Shown here: positions 46,622 through 57,377 of the stretch, piece by piece
Numbering within the stretch: the first letter of the stretch is position 1
Layout of the letters: each line of letters begins with the position of its first letter
Source: Candidatus Latescibacterota bacterium
GTDB taxonomy: Bacteria > Latescibacterota > UBA2968 > GCA-2709665
Direction of reading: 5' to 3'
DNA: 64,000 nt
NCBI GenBank assembly: GCA_965208835.1
Contig: OZ242358.1
Coordinates: 4,800,001 to 4,864,000, forward strand
Position numbers and translations under genes: made by a program
The notes under the pieces: model-generated
What the model was told of the DNA's origin: nothing
Databases searched by the model: none
Seen by the model: the letters and a program-made list of their open reading frames with translations, nothing else

Positions 46622-49600
46622 TTGTACCTTTCCCGACTGACGGCATTGGGTTTCAAATCCTTCGTACAACAACTGGATCTCTCGCTGCAGAAGGGCATTA
46701 CGTGCGTTGTGGGTCCCAACGGCTGCGGCAAATCCAACGTGGTGGACGCCCTTCGCTGGGCGCTGGGCGAGCAGCGGGTCAGGTCGCTGCGCAGCAACAA
46801 TATGGAGGATGTGATCTTTTCAGGGACGCGGAACCGGAAACCGCTGGGCATGGCCGAGGTGTCCATCACCGTCGACAATGCGGAACGAATTCTGCCGGTT
46901 GACTACACCGAAGTGACCGTGACCCGCCGGCTGTTCCGGTCCGGAGACAGCGACTATCTGCTCAACAAGGTCCCCTGCAGGTTGAAGGATATTCAGAATC
47001 TCCTGATGGATACTGGGCTGGGCGCACACGCCTATTCCGTAATCGAGCAGGGGATGATGGACGAGATCATCAGCGACAAACCCGAAGAGAGGCGGCGGCT
47101 GTTCGAAGAGGCGGCGGGCGTAACGCGGTACAAAGTACAGCGCCGGGCGGCGTGGAACCGTCTGGAGTCCGTCAGGCAGGACCTGCAGACAGTGGATGCC
47201 GTGATGGCGGAAGTCGAGCGTCAGGTGAAGTCACTCGCCCGGCAGGAGCGGAAAGCCCGCCTCTACGGGCAGCTATCGGACCAGATGAAGGACCTCGAAG
47301 TCCGGCTGGGAAGATACCGGTTCTTTCGGATGTCCGAAAGGTCCCGCCCGATCGCGGATGAGACGGCATCCCTGAAAGAGGACGTCGAGGTGGCCGCGGG
47401 GGACATCGTCCGACTGGAAGCCCGACTCGAGGAAGTCAGGTCTGAACTGACCAGACGTGATCAGGCGCTCAGAGAAGCGAACGCGGAAGTGAGCAGGCAG
47501 AGTCAACTCGTGCACAGGAAAGACACGCATATCCAGGTGGCGCAGGAGAGAATCCGATCCATTGACGCCTTCCTGAAGCAGGCGGACCGGCGACAGGTAG
47601 ACATGGCGGACCGGCGGGATACGGCACGGAAGGAAGCAGCGGAGGCGCGGCGGCTGGGGGTGGAGGCCCGCGAGACATTGCAGCACGCGGAAGGCGCATT
47701 GGAGGCGGAGCGCGACGAACTGGAAGCCAGGAACCGGGCGCTTGACGCGCGGAGAACGCGCGCGGACGAACAAAATACCCAGCTGATAAGCGCCATGGAT
47801 GAACTCAGTGAAGGAAGCGTCCGGCTGGAACGCGGACGGGAAAGACTGGAGGGAATTGAGCAACGTCAGGCCCGCCTTCAAGCCGACGCGAGGCAGTCGG
47901 CGCTACGCAAAGAGGAGGCGGACGCCACAAGCCTGGAGGCGGAACGGCAGATCGATCGCCTGGAACGCGACGTGGCCGACAAAGTCCGTCTCAGGAAAGC
48001 TGACGCCGCGGAGTACGGACGGCTACGCGAACAACTGGAGAGAATGACGGAAGAGCGCAACCGGCTGCTGGCCAGCAGGGAGGCCGACGATGCGAGGATT
48101 GGACTGCTGAAAAAGCTTCGCGAGGGATTCGAGGGGTATTCAAGCGGCGTCCGCGCGCTGGTTGTGGAATCTCCATTTGTCGATCGCGTGCGCGGCGTGG
48201 TTGCGGACCGGATTGAAGTGGACGGGCGATACGCGACAGCCATCGAAGCTGCCCTGGGGCGTGCGCTGGAATGTCTGCTGGTGGACGAAGCGGCAGATGC
48301 ATTGAAAGCCATCGACTATTTGCAGGCGGGCGACCTCGGTTCGGCGGCATTTCTGCCCCTGGACTCCCTTTCGAACGGTAACGGCGCGCCCTGGACCGCG
48401 CCGGATGCGGAAGGCGTGGTGGGCAGAGCGTCTGACCTCCTGAAGGGCGAGGACTCTCCGGTACACGCGCTGCTTCACCGGACACTCGTGGTGAGAGAAA
48501 CCGAAAACGCGCTTGCGCTGTTGGAAGAGATGAGGTCTCTCGGCGTCGACCTGGTTACCGAGAGCGGCGAGTTATTCTCGGCTGACGGTACGATATACGG
48601 GGGTAAGACAACTGAGAATGGAACGGGCCTGATCGGGCGCAGGCAGGAAATCGAAACGCTGGAAGCAAACCTGAGCGCCGCAGGCGCGGATCTGCAGTCG
48701 CTGGATACGAGACTCGAGGAGACCTCTACGTCGCTGGCCGAAATTCAGACCCGAATAGAAGAAACAGACGGGATTCTGGCGGACCTGAACACCCGCCTGG
48801 CCGCACTCCGCAGGGACCTGCAGATCGCGCAGGAGGAAGAACAGCGACAGTTGCGCGTGGAGGTGGACTTGCGGAATGAAATCGCTGCGGTGATGTCCGA
48901 CGAAACCGGGCTGAGAGAAGCAATCGCTTCCGAGGCAGCGGAATTGAACGTGCTCGAGAAACGCCGGGAGCAGCTGGAAGCGGCGACACGTGACGCGGAC
49001 GCGGCGCTGCGGGAGCAGGAACATCAGCAGCGGGCCGGACAGGATGCGTTCTCTAGCCGGCAGGTGGAAATTGCTTCGTTGACAGCCAGAGTGGACCGTC
49101 ACGAACACGAAGGACAAAGGTGGACGCGGGACCTGACGGATACCGACAGAGAGATGAAACGACTGGCCGCCGACTGCGAGGAACGGCGTAAGGAAAGACT
49201 CGGACTGGAGAATGCCGCGCAGGTTTCCGGGAAGGAACTGCAGACCCTGCATCGTACACAGGACGAACTGGAAGCAAAGCGGGACAAGCAGGCGGAGCGC
49301 CAACAGGCGTTGTTGACGGATGCCCGGCAACTGGAAGAAGAAGTGAGGGACAAGAACCGTCGCGCGAATCAGAACCGGGACCGGCTGGGTGAACTGCAGG
49401 CAGAGATGGCGGAACTGAAAACCGGAGCCGAGGCATTGCGGGCGCGAATCCTGGATGAGTACGAAGTGGACGTCAGAGAAGCGGGCGCATTGGACGATCC
49501 GGAATTCAACGAAGACACAACGGAATTGCAAAAAGACGAGCTTCGCGATCGCATCCGGCGGATGGGTCCGGTAAATCCGGGCGCCGTGGAAGAATACGAG

Positions 49601-50218
49601 GAACAGAAGAAACACCACGAGTTTATGTCAAAACACAGGAGCGATCTGCTCGAGGCGGCCGAAACCCTCCAGAGGACCATATCCCGGATCGACCGGACGG
49701 CCCGCGGACGATTCATGGCCACGTTCGATCAGATCAAGGAGAACTTCCGGAATACTTTCGAGGCGTTTTTCGACGGAGGCCAGGCGGACCTCCTGATGCC
49801 CCCGGACGAGGATCCGCTGGAAGCGCCGCTGGAGATCATCGCCCGCCCGAGAGGCAAGCGGCTCCAGCACATCAATCTCCTTTCAGGGGGAGAGCGTGCG
49901 CTCACCGCGATAGCACTCTTGTTCGCGATCTACCTGGTCAAACCCAGTCCGTTCTGTATCCTCGACGAGGTCGACGCCCCTCTGGACGACGCCAACGTCA
50001 CCCGCTTCGTGCGGGTGCTCAAGCGGTTCGCGGCCGACACCCAGTTCATCGTGGTAACTCACAACAAGGTTACGATGGACGCGGCGGACTGCCTGCACGG
50101 GATCACAATGGAAGAACCGGGGGTGTCCAGGCTGGTATCGGTCAGGCTAGACCACGAAACCCACGGCGGCAACGGGCAGGCGGAAGCGGTGGCGGAGTCC
50201 ACGGCCGCGGACGATTGA
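46622..50218 (+). CDS. smc: Chromosome segregation protein SMC
   Basis: GFKSF, GPNGCGKSN, coiled coils, hinge, LSGGE, LDEVDAPLD; TTG start after AGGAGG. Confidence 0.96.
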   Translation: MYLSRLTALGFKSFVQQLDLSLQKGITCVVGPNGCGKSNVVDALRWALGEQRVRSLRSNNMEDVIFSGTRNRKPLGMAEVSITVDNAERILPVDYTEVTVTRRLFRSGDSDYLLNKVPCRLKDIQNLLMDTGLGAHAYSVIEQGMMDEIISDKPEERRRLFEEAAGVTRYKVQRRAAWNRLESVRQDLQTVDAVMAEVERQVKSLARQERKARLYGQLSDQMKDLEVRLGRYRFFRMSERSRPIADETASLKEDVEVAAGDIVRLEARLEEVRSELTRRDQALREANAEVSRQSQLVHRKDTHIQVAQERIRSIDAFLKQADRRQVDMADRRDTARKEAAEARRLGVEARETLQHAEGALEAERDELEARNRALDARRTRADEQNTQLISAMDELSEGSVRLERGRERLEGIEQRQARLQADARQSALRKEEADATSLEAERQIDRLERDVADKVRLRKADAAEYGRLREQLERMTEERNRLLASREADDARIGLLKKLREGFEGYSSGVRALVVESPFVDRVRGVVADRIEVDGRYATAIEAALGRALECLLVDEAADALKAIDYLQAGDLGSAAFLPLDSLSNGNGAPWTAPDAEGVVGRASDLLKGEDSPVHALLHRTLVVRETENALALLEEMRSLGVDLVTESGELFSADGTIYGGKTTENGTGLIGRRQEIETLEANLSAAGADLQSLDTRLEETSTSLAEIQTRIEETDGILADLNTRLAALRRDLQIAQEEEQRQLRVEVDLRNEIAAVMSDETGLREAIASEAAELNVLEKRREQLEAATRDADAALREQEHQQRAGQDAFSSRQVEIASLTARVDRHEHEGQRWTRDLTDTDREMKRLAADCEERRKERLGLENAAQVSGKELQTLHRTQDELEAKRDKQAERQQALLTDARQLEEEVRDKNRRANQNRDRLGELQAEMAELKTGAEALRARILDEYEVDVREAGALDDPEFNEDTTELQKDELRDRIRRMGPVNPGAVEEYEEQKKHHEFMSKHRSDLLEAAETLQRTISRIDRTARGRFMATFDQIKENFRNTFEAFFDGGQADLLMPPDEDPLEAPLEIIARPRGKRLQHINLLSGGERALTAIALLFAIYLVKPSPFCILDEVDAPLDDANVTRFVRVLKRFAADTQFIVVTHNKVTMDAADCLHGITMEEPGVSRLVSVRLDHETHGGNGQAEAVAESTAADD

Positions 50219-50331
50219 CCAGGATTCGTATGTCTTCGGGGACGTAAATCCAAATATAGGCAAGTAGATTAAGGCGATTAGACTGCGGATTGCCAGGATA
50301 CACCAAGTTGCTGGACGTGAACGGAAAAACG

Positions 50332-50366
50332 AAAGGATCGGCTGCTCACAAGCTGCCGATCCTTTT
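50332..50366. terminator. Bidirectional terminator-like hairpin between smc and the TlpA gene
   Basis: AAAGGATCGGC...GCCGATCCTTTT. Confidence 0.65.
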
Positions 50367-50441
50367 CTATTTGCGCGAAGCCAGGTCGATACCGTACTCC
50401 CACGCGAGCCTGACGTCAGGGTTGACGTATACGGGATGTGT

Positions 50442-52520
50442 TCACACGGTACCCAGGCTCTTCAGGATCTTCGCGAAAACGCCGTCGGTATCCGTCTTCA
50501 ACTCGATCTGGGACAGTCGCTCCAGGATCCGCCCTTGCGGATCCACCAAAAAGTACGCCGGTATCCCGCGAACATTGTAGTCGCTGGCTGGTCCGGAACC
50601 GGAGACCCCGGAGCGCACGTGCACGCCTTCGATCCCGTGTTCCTCGATGGCCTTGCGCCATGCCGCCTCGTTCGAATCCAGTGAAAGGTTGAGGAAAACC
50701 ACCGGTAGATCGGTGGTCTTCTTCTTCAATTTCCGGATGTGCGGCAAGTTGGCGATGCAGGGACCGCACCAACTCGCCCAGAAATCCAGCAGCACCACCT
50801 TTCCCCTGAACTGGCTCAAAGACACGGGTTGTCCGTCCAGGTCCCTCAATGTGAAATCCGGCGCCGGACGGCCCGGCCGCAGCGCCATCGCCTTGTCCAG
50901 AGCCGCCAGTACCGCCGCGTTGTATTCCGGATAGGGGTTGGCCGCCTGGAATTCCCTCCACATACGGTTGACGGCCGCAAAGCTCGCCCCTCCGCGCTGA
51001 AAACCGCTGATCAGCTGTCCGGCCAGAAACCAGTATCGCACCCGCCCCTTCAGTTTCTCCTCGGCCAGATCGAACCTGCGTGGAAGTGCCGGTATCGACC
51101 GTCTCTTGATTGCATAGATCGAGTCGAGCTTCGCCTCCATCGCCTGCGACAAACCCAGGCCAGCGAGATCGAGGATTTGAGACAACCTGAGCGGCTGTCG
51201 ATTTTCGTAAAGTGAATCCAGATAGGCGCCATTCTCAGTGGATAGACCCAATCCCGCCAGATCGACCATATCGGACAACTTGCGTTTCCTTTTGAAGGAG
51301 CGCAACCCTTCCATTCCACTCGCGCCATCCTTCGCCGGTAGCCGGAAAACAAGCGCGCCGCTCGTGGTGTCTATCTCGGGCTCTTGGAGTTTGCTTGACG
51401 TGGTAATTCTGTACGATCCATCACTCTTCGCGTAGAAGGAGTCGATCTCTGCCCGGGCCGGTTCCGACAGGCCCATTTTCTCCAGGTCAAACATCTGAGA
51501 AAGGTTGGGTCTCCCTCTGCTGGCGTACAATGAGTCGAGTCTGGTTTCGACCGCGGCTGACAGACCCAACGTTGACAGGTCGATCATCTTCGACAGGCCG
51601 GGATGCCACCCGAACCGCGCATAGAGTGAATCCAGCACGGTGAGAGTCTCCTTCGACAGTTCCAGGCTTGTAAAATCGTACAAGTCCGACAGCGTTTTCG
51701 ACCTGGGCATCTTCATCATTTCCAGATCCATTGTCCTAACCAGGTAGGTTGCATATGGATCCACACCGATCGCCTTCTCGTCCACCAGCGGGATCTGTCT
51801 AAGGAAGTCATAGAATTCAGGTGGGATATTCTTGTTCTCCCGGCCTGTGGCGCGCCGGTAGTTGGCAGAGTATGAGATCTTCAGGAAAGCGTACGTGTAG
51901 TTGAAATAGCGTTCCACATGTTCGATGAATCCCGGCGAGAACGCGTATCTCGTACGTCGCCGGTCCAGGAATTCAAGCTGGTCCGCGCGCCATCCGTCCG
52001 CCAGGCGAGAAAAGTCTTCCGCCTCCATTTCCCTGGAATCCCTGATTTTACGCTGGAATTCCCCGAACCTGGGGTACCACTCGGCAATAAAGCGGCTGTT
52101 GTCCGCATTCCTGCCGCTGAACCGGTAGGAGGTAGAAAGATGGCCGGGATGGATCCTGATATGCAGGCTGTCGCCGGGCTCGACAAACAGCACCAGCGGA
52201 CTGCGTTTGACGACGTACGACGCGGCCTGCCGGGCCCATTTCCACGGGACGCTTCTGCCCTTGTAGCTTCCCCGTACAAGTGTTCCGCGAACAACTGGAA
52301 TCTCCAGCGCGAAGCGGTTCCGGCTGTCCAGGTCAACGCGCTGTTCGGTCTGTCTCCCCAGCGCCGTCGGCGAGTTGTACCTGAACGTGATTTCCCGTGC
52401 GGTCGGGTTCCGGACTTCACCCGTGACAATCGCGACCGACGACTCGCTGCCTTCCGCCGCCGGACCGGCAGTTGACATTGCGAGTATGGTGACGAGGATA
52501 AGTCTGGATATATTCTCCAT
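50442..52520 (-). CDS. Secreted TlpA/ResA-like thiol:disulfide oxidoreductase with internal repeats
   Basis: Signal peptide; C-terminal APDFTL, DFWASWCGPC, YNVRGIP. Confidence 0.85.
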   Translation of the reverse strand: MENISRLILVTILAMSTAGPAAEGSESSVAIVTGEVRNPTAREITFRYNSPTALGRQTEQRVDLDSRNRFALEIPVVRGTLVRGSYKGRSVPWKWARQAASYVVKRSPLVLFVEPGDSLHIRIHPGHLSTSYRFSGRNADNSRFIAEWYPRFGEFQRKIRDSREMEAEDFSRLADGWRADQLEFLDRRRTRYAFSPGFIEHVERYFNYTYAFLKISYSANYRRATGRENKNIPPEFYDFLRQIPLVDEKAIGVDPYATYLVRTMDLEMMKMPRSKTLSDLYDFTSLELSKETLTVLDSLYARFGWHPGLSKMIDLSTLGLSAAVETRLDSLYASRGRPNLSQMFDLEKMGLSEPARAEIDSFYAKSDGSYRITTSSKLQEPEIDTTSGALVFRLPAKDGASGMEGLRSFKRKRKLSDMVDLAGLGLSTENGAYLDSLYENRQPLRLSQILDLAGLGLSQAMEAKLDSIYAIKRRSIPALPRRFDLAEEKLKGRVRYWFLAGQLISGFQRGGASFAAVNRMWREFQAANPYPEYNAAVLAALDKAMALRPGRPAPDFTLRDLDGQPVSLSQFRGKVVLLDFWASWCGPCIANLPHIRKLKKKTTDLPVVFLNLSLDSNEAAWRKAIEEHGIEGVHVRSGVSGSGPASDYNVRGIPAYFLVDPQGRILERLSQIELKTDTDGVFAKILKSLGTV

Positions 52521-52831
52521 AAAACGATCCCTCTGTTCGGATTCCGTTTTACCGGCAACCTGATGAGAAGCCTTCTACAAAGCTACGATTCCCCACGGAC
52601 GGATTTCCCACATCGTGAGCGCTGGCAATGGACGCTACACCCGAACATCACCTGTGTTCCCAACTCACGGGGCCTGTGGCGATTGGACCTGATTCGACGG
52701 GCATGATTCCGTCACCACCGGCACCCTAAAGATAGCCAATTCGCTTATCTGAAGCGAATGGAAACGTGGAATCGACGGTATCATCACGTCGGGCTATATA
52801 TCGCGGCGGCGTTTGACGGCATGGCCGTGAA

Positions 52832-54904
52832 TTATTCCGTTTTCCTCGGATTCTCAAAGATTGCCAGATTATTCTTGAGTATGGCGTAGATGTGATCGCC
52901 TTTAACAATGAACCTGTCTCGCGCCACGTGATTCGCTACAGTCTCCAGGTTTACCATTTCGAGTCCGCGCAGATACGCGTCATAGCCTTCAAGACCCAGT
53001 TTCTCGTGCGAAGAATAGGTGCCGTAGCTGGTCTTTGCATAGGTCTTGATATCTCCCCCATGCATAGCGTATGCGGAAGCCCCCACGACGGTCATCCGTC
53101 GCGGAAGATGTGTCCAGGGGATGTAATCGACCTCAAGCGGTTTCCGGGGGTCGCTGATGTCCAAGACGGCAATCTCGCGGGGCAGGTGTCGTTCAACATA
53201 GACCCTCTCGTTCCCGACGGCAAGAGGCCCTAACCCGGGCGGTGCTTCGAAATTTGAACTTCTAAACTCACGAGGACCGAGCATCGGAAAATGCGGTGAC
53301 CCAGACTTCCCATCTGATTTTCTCGCCTGCTGTGCGAGAAGCTCTTTGTACGAACTGGAATTGACTATTCCGTGAACTTCGTCCACCAATCTTTCATAGT
53401 TTTTTGAACGTCCGAAACGCCTCACTGGCGTCCGGCTTAAGACCTGGAGCCGTCCGGGATCTGACAGATCAAGCACCACGAAGTCGTGACCAAGCACCAT
53501 AAACGCGTGAGAATCCACAATCCGCATCTCCCATCCGTTATTCCAGAGATGTTCGGTCGTTTGTTCAATTTGTAGTTCTTGAATTCGTCTGGGCGAAGCT
53601 GAATTCCGCACGTCGAAGCTGTGCATTTCCAGGAATTCATCCCTGATAAGTCCGACGTACAGATGATTCTTCCAAATCCCCCACCCCACGAGCCTGGGAA
53701 TGCGACGTAGCCAAGCGGTGGTGCCTTTTTCGACAGGGTACATCAGACTCTTCATCTGTAACCGGGGGCGACTTGGTTGACTGAGGTCAAATGTCATGAC
53801 ACCTACGCTGTCCCGAACCTCGCCCCACACATAGGCACCGGCGCCTGACAACGCCAACCGTTCGAGCCGGCATCCATCCGTTTCCACCCGACCGATCTCG
53901 ACGGGCGCCTCCGGGTCTGTCACGTCCGCCACGCTCAGACCCTGTTCAAGCAACACGACAGCAAGTCCATCTTTCAACGCCATGTCCACCATATTGAGAT
54001 CGTACTTTTGGCTTCCGATCGGCGCAATTGGGGTGCGCCAATTGCGGGAACGGTCGATGTTCAATCCAATGACGACAATCGTACCAATGATTGCGAGGGT
54101 AACAACGGTCCATTGGAATCTTTGGTCCGACCGTGTACGTAACGCTTTGCAAGCCCAAAGCAACGTGCATCCAGTGAGCAGGGCGGTCGCGCCGGTTCTT
54201 ATTAGTAGAAGGGACGTGTCGAACGCCTGTCGGACAATCTCCGCGTCTGTCATTATCTTAAGAAAGAACAACAGTCTAAAATAGAACTTGGCTATCGGCG
54301 GGGCCAGCGTCCAGCATAGGATAAAGAGAACGAACGCGACCCAAACTGCCATCAGGCTCGTCATCGCCGCCTTATAAGGGTGGTCGGCCAGAGTCGATGC
54401 CAACGCCGAAACCCCGTACGCGATCAGATATACCAGAAACCACAATGACAACACCCGTATGTACCCAATTTCCGATAGTATTCCGGCCTCTGGAATAAAC
54501 GTCCGTACTGAGAAATCTGGGTATCGAATCTGACTCTGTAATGACACCCAACCCGCGCTTGTTGCAATCTCAATGAATACGGCACCCCAATACACGGCCA
54601 ACACCAATAGTAATCCAATAGCTCCCACCGCGAATTTTACCGTCATTATCTTCCACGACTCCACGGGTCGGCATAGCAGGTACGACAGCGTCATCCGATT
54701 GCGTTCGCGCGCGACCGCGTCCATCCCGAACAGAACCGCGCCAAAGAGACCTACCAGGTGGCCGAAAATCTGCATTCCGGAGTCGTTATACTCCTCCTTG
54801 CCGGCGCTGACTAACGCCACAATCATCGCCAACCCCGCGCATGCGGCGATTTTGTAGGCGGCCTCGCGTCCTTCTTTCCAGAACAGAGCCAGAGTCGGGT
54901 TCAT
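52832..54904 (-). CDS. ABC-2 type permease fused to a LVIVD-like beta-propeller
   Basis: LFWKE, ARERNRMTLSYLLCRP, TM helices, then DVTDP/DLSDP/DISDP repeats. Confidence 0.75.
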   Translation of the reverse strand: MNPTLALFWKEGREAAYKIAACAGLAMIVALVSAGKEEYNDSGMQIFGHLVGLFGAVLFGMDAVARERNRMTLSYLLCRPVESWKIMTVKFAVGAIGLLLVLAVYWGAVFIEIATSAGWVSLQSQIRYPDFSVRTFIPEAGILSEIGYIRVLSLWFLVYLIAYGVSALASTLADHPYKAAMTSLMAVWVAFVLFILCWTLAPPIAKFYFRLLFFLKIMTDAEIVRQAFDTSLLLIRTGATALLTGCTLLWACKALRTRSDQRFQWTVVTLAIIGTIVVIGLNIDRSRNWRTPIAPIGSQKYDLNMVDMALKDGLAVVLLEQGLSVADVTDPEAPVEIGRVETDGCRLERLALSGAGAYVWGEVRDSVGVMTFDLSQPSRPRLQMKSLMYPVEKGTTAWLRRIPRLVGWGIWKNHLYVGLIRDEFLEMHSFDVRNSASPRRIQELQIEQTTEHLWNNGWEMRIVDSHAFMVLGHDFVVLDLSDPGRLQVLSRTPVRRFGRSKNYERLVDEVHGIVNSSSYKELLAQQARKSDGKSGSPHFPMLGPREFRSSNFEAPPGLGPLAVGNERVYVERHLPREIAVLDISDPRKPLEVDYIPWTHLPRRMTVVGASAYAMHGGDIKTYAKTSYGTYSSHEKLGLEGYDAYLRGLEMVNLETVANHVARDRFIVKGDHIYAILKNNLAIFENPRKTE

Positions 54905-55800
54905 AGCTGTCCTCCTGTGTCAGGCCGGACATGAGCGACGAATGCCTCCTCCAGGCCCACGTCCAAGACATCCTCGATTTGCCCGCCCTGCGCCTTGATG
55001 CGCGCGGCCTGCGCCTCGCCATATCCCACCACCGTCAGCTGCCGCCGCGGCCCCTCTCCCTGCACCTGGCGCAGGCCCTCGATATCCGACAGATCATCCG
55101 CGCCATCCCGCATGCGCACAACCACGCGTTTGACCGACCCCTTCACCTCGTCCACGGTGCCGTCGGCCACCAGGCGGCCGTTATCGATGATGGCGACGCG
55201 GTCGGCCACGCGCTCCACCTCGTGGACGAGATGCGAAGACAGGAAGACCGTGCGCCCCTCCTCCTGGATGAGACCGATAATGCTCTCCAGAAAATCGCGG
55301 CGCACCACCACGTCCAGCCCCGAGGCCGGCTCGTCCAGGATCAGCAGCCGGGGCTCGTGGCCTAAAGCCAATGCGAGGGCCAGTTGGGCGTTCATCCCGC
55401 GGGACAGATGCTTGACCTTCTGTTCCGGGTCCAGACCGAACCGGCTGATGAGGGCATCCACCCTTTTCTGATTCCAGGTCTCGTAGAACTGCCCGGTGAA
55501 CCAGACGATTTCACGCACCTTCATCCAGCCGTACATCACACGATTCTCAGCCACGTACCCGACCTGCCGTCTGAGCACCATGGAGTCCGCAGCGGGATTA
55601 AGCCCCAGGACCTCGACCGTCCCGGCTGTAGGCCGCAGCAGGTTCATGAGTATCTGGATCGTGGTGGTCTTGCCGGCGCCGTTGCGGCCAAGGAAGCCGC
55701 ACACGTTGCCCGCGGGCACCTCCAGCCGCAGATCGTCCACGGCAGTGAGTTTGCCGAAGCGATGGGTCAGGTCCTCTGTAGCGATCGCTGTACCGTTCAT
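54901..55800 (-). CDS. ABC transporter ATP-binding protein (YtrB-like)
   Basis: GRNGAGKTT, LSRGM, LDEPASGLD, SSH. Confidence 0.92.
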   Translation of the reverse strand: MNGTAIATEDLTHRFGKLTAVDDLRLEVPAGNVCGFLGRNGAGKTTTIQILMNLLRPTAGTVEVLGLNPAADSMVLRRQVGYVAENRVMYGWMKVREIVWFTGQFYETWNQKRVDALISRFGLDPEQKVKHLSRGMNAQLALALALGHEPRLLILDEPASGLDVVVRRDFLESIIGLIQEEGRTVFLSSHLVHEVERVADRVAIIDNGRLVADGTVDEVKGSVKRVVVRMRDGADDLSDIEGLRQVQGEGPRRQLTVVGYGEAQAARIKAQGGQIEDVLDVGLEEAFVAHVRPDTGGQL

Positions 55801-55819
55801 AAAGACTCCTTCCTCACGG

Positions 55820-56218
55820 TCAATCGTCTTCCCCCTGCTGCCGAAACCGGTCGAGGCGTTCCCGGATCACCTGCGCCATCTCCTCCGGGCTCAATTCCAG
55901 CTCCACGCCCTGTACGAGCGCCCTGTCGAGCAGTTCTCTGACAATCTCCAGCTTTTCCTCCCTGGAAATGGTCACATCCCGGTCCGCGACGTACGTGCCC
56001 ATCCCCCGCTTCTTGTAGATGAAGCCCTCTCGCTCCAGCTCCAGATAGGCGCGCACCACGGTATTCGGGTTGATCAGGTACTGGCCGGCGAGTTCCCGCA
56101 CCGAGGGCAGTTCTTCGTGCGGCTTCAGCACACCACGGGCCATCTGGTACCTGATTTGTTCGATCATCTGCAGGTATATGGGTACCCCATTGGCTGAATC
56201 GATGCGCAAGGGCAGCAT
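55820..56218 (-). CDS. GntR family (YtrA subfamily) transcriptional regulator
   Basis: PIYLQ, LPSVRELA, INPNTVVRAY, RGMGTYV; short C-terminal domain. Confidence 0.92.
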   Translation of the reverse strand: MLPLRIDSANGVPIYLQMIEQIRYQMARGVLKPHEELPSVRELAGQYLINPNTVVRAYLELEREGFIYKKRGMGTYVADRDVTISREEKLEIVRELLDRALVQGVELELSPEEMAQVIRERLDRFRQQGEDD

Positions 56219-56344
56219 GAAGACGCTCCTGGTCCGTGGCGAAACTGCACGACCGGCGAAGCCAAATCCGGATGCCGGCGGACAGCTACCGGAGGGTGGT
56301 CGGCAAGGGAACTGACATCACGCCCTCGCACGAAGCCTCCGTCG

Positions 56345-56376
56345 TATTACTGTATCGGTTAACCGATACAGTAATA
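56345..56376. promoter_or_regulatory. Putative YtrA operator (perfect 32-bp palindrome)
   Basis: TATTACTGTATCGGTTAACCGATACAGTAATA upstream of the GntR gene, next to TTGCAT-17-TAGTAT. Confidence 0.75.
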
Positions 56377-56455
56377 TACTAGCGAATCGCGTCAGGGAAT
56401 GCAAGCAGTTTTTTTCTGAGAGGAAAATAAAATCTGTCGACAGACGCGGAAGGCA

Positions 56456-56480
56456 GGGCGCCCGCGAGGGACGCCCCTAC
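56456..56480 (-). repeat. GTAG-type REP
   Basis: GTAGGGGCGTCCCTCGCGGGCGCCC. Confidence 0.7.
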
Positions 56481-56698
56481 AAAGGATGAAGATTCAATCA
56501 GTACGGTGAAGGCGCACCGTACTGTCGCGCGAATCGACAATTCGCGGCACGGATATGGGGTAATGCGAACCGATCCGGCTTGATCGGCGCCGCGATCCGT
56601 GTTATATAATCACGTCTACACGCCGTGGCGTGGATAGAGATGACAACACAGTCGACCGATTCTCACTGGGGAGCCGGTTCGAACAGGAGCAGGATATC

Positions 56699-57376
56699 TT
56701 GTTGACCTCCGAAGAGTGGACGGTTCTGGCCCTGTCGCTACGCGTGGGGCTGGTTTGCGTCCTGTTGAGCCTGCCGGCCGCGGTGGTTCTGGGATGGGTA
56801 CTCGCCCGGCGCGAATTCAGAGGCAAAGTGCTGCTGGACGGGCTGTGCCACCTGCCCCTGGTGCTGCCTCCCGTCGTGACCGGATACGTGCTTCTGCTGC
56901 TGTTCAGCCGTCGAGGGATTCTGGGCGGTTTTCTGGAGGAGGCCATGGGTATCCAGGTGGCCTTTTCGTGGAAGGGGGCCGCGCTGGCGTCGGCCGTCGT
57001 AGGGTTTCCCCTGGCCCTGCGCGCCGTCCGTCTGGCCATAGAGCACGTGGACCCCCGGCTGGAGCAGGCTGCGCGTACATTGGGTGCCGGCCCGCTCCGG
57101 GTCTTTTATACGGTAACGATGCGGCTGGCCGCGCCGGGATTGCTGGTCGGCGCGCTGCTGGCGTTCGCAAGAAGCCTGGGTGAGTTCGGCGCGACAATCA
57201 CCTTTGTGTCGAACATCGACGGGGAAACCCGTACACTGCCCCTTGCGATCTTCACGTACATCAATCGGCCCGGCGGTGACGCCGCGGTCACCCGCCTGGC
57301 GATATTGTCCGTGATCCTGTCATTTGCGGCGCTGGTGGCCAGCGAGGCGGTGGCCCGGCGCACGAGGAGAAAATGA
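56699..57376 (+). CDS. modB: Molybdate ABC transporter permease
   Basis: LPLVLPPVVTGY, AARTLGA, FARSLGEFGAT, TRTLPLAI. Confidence 0.92.
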   Translation: MLTSEEWTVLALSLRVGLVCVLLSLPAAVVLGWVLARREFRGKVLLDGLCHLPLVLPPVVTGYVLLLLFSRRGILGGFLEEAMGIQVAFSWKGAALASAVVGFPLALRAVRLAIEHVDPRLEQAARTLGAGPLRVFYTVTMRLAAPGLLVGALLAFARSLGEFGATITFVSNIDGETRTLPLAIFTYINRPGGDAAVTRLAILSVILSFAALVASEAVARRTRRK

Positions 57377-57377
57377 C

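Noticed and set aside
56600-56625. Possible ModE box upstream of modB (GTTATATAATCACGTCTACAC)
   Set aside because: Only one half-site resembles the consensus, and it doubles as a -10 element.
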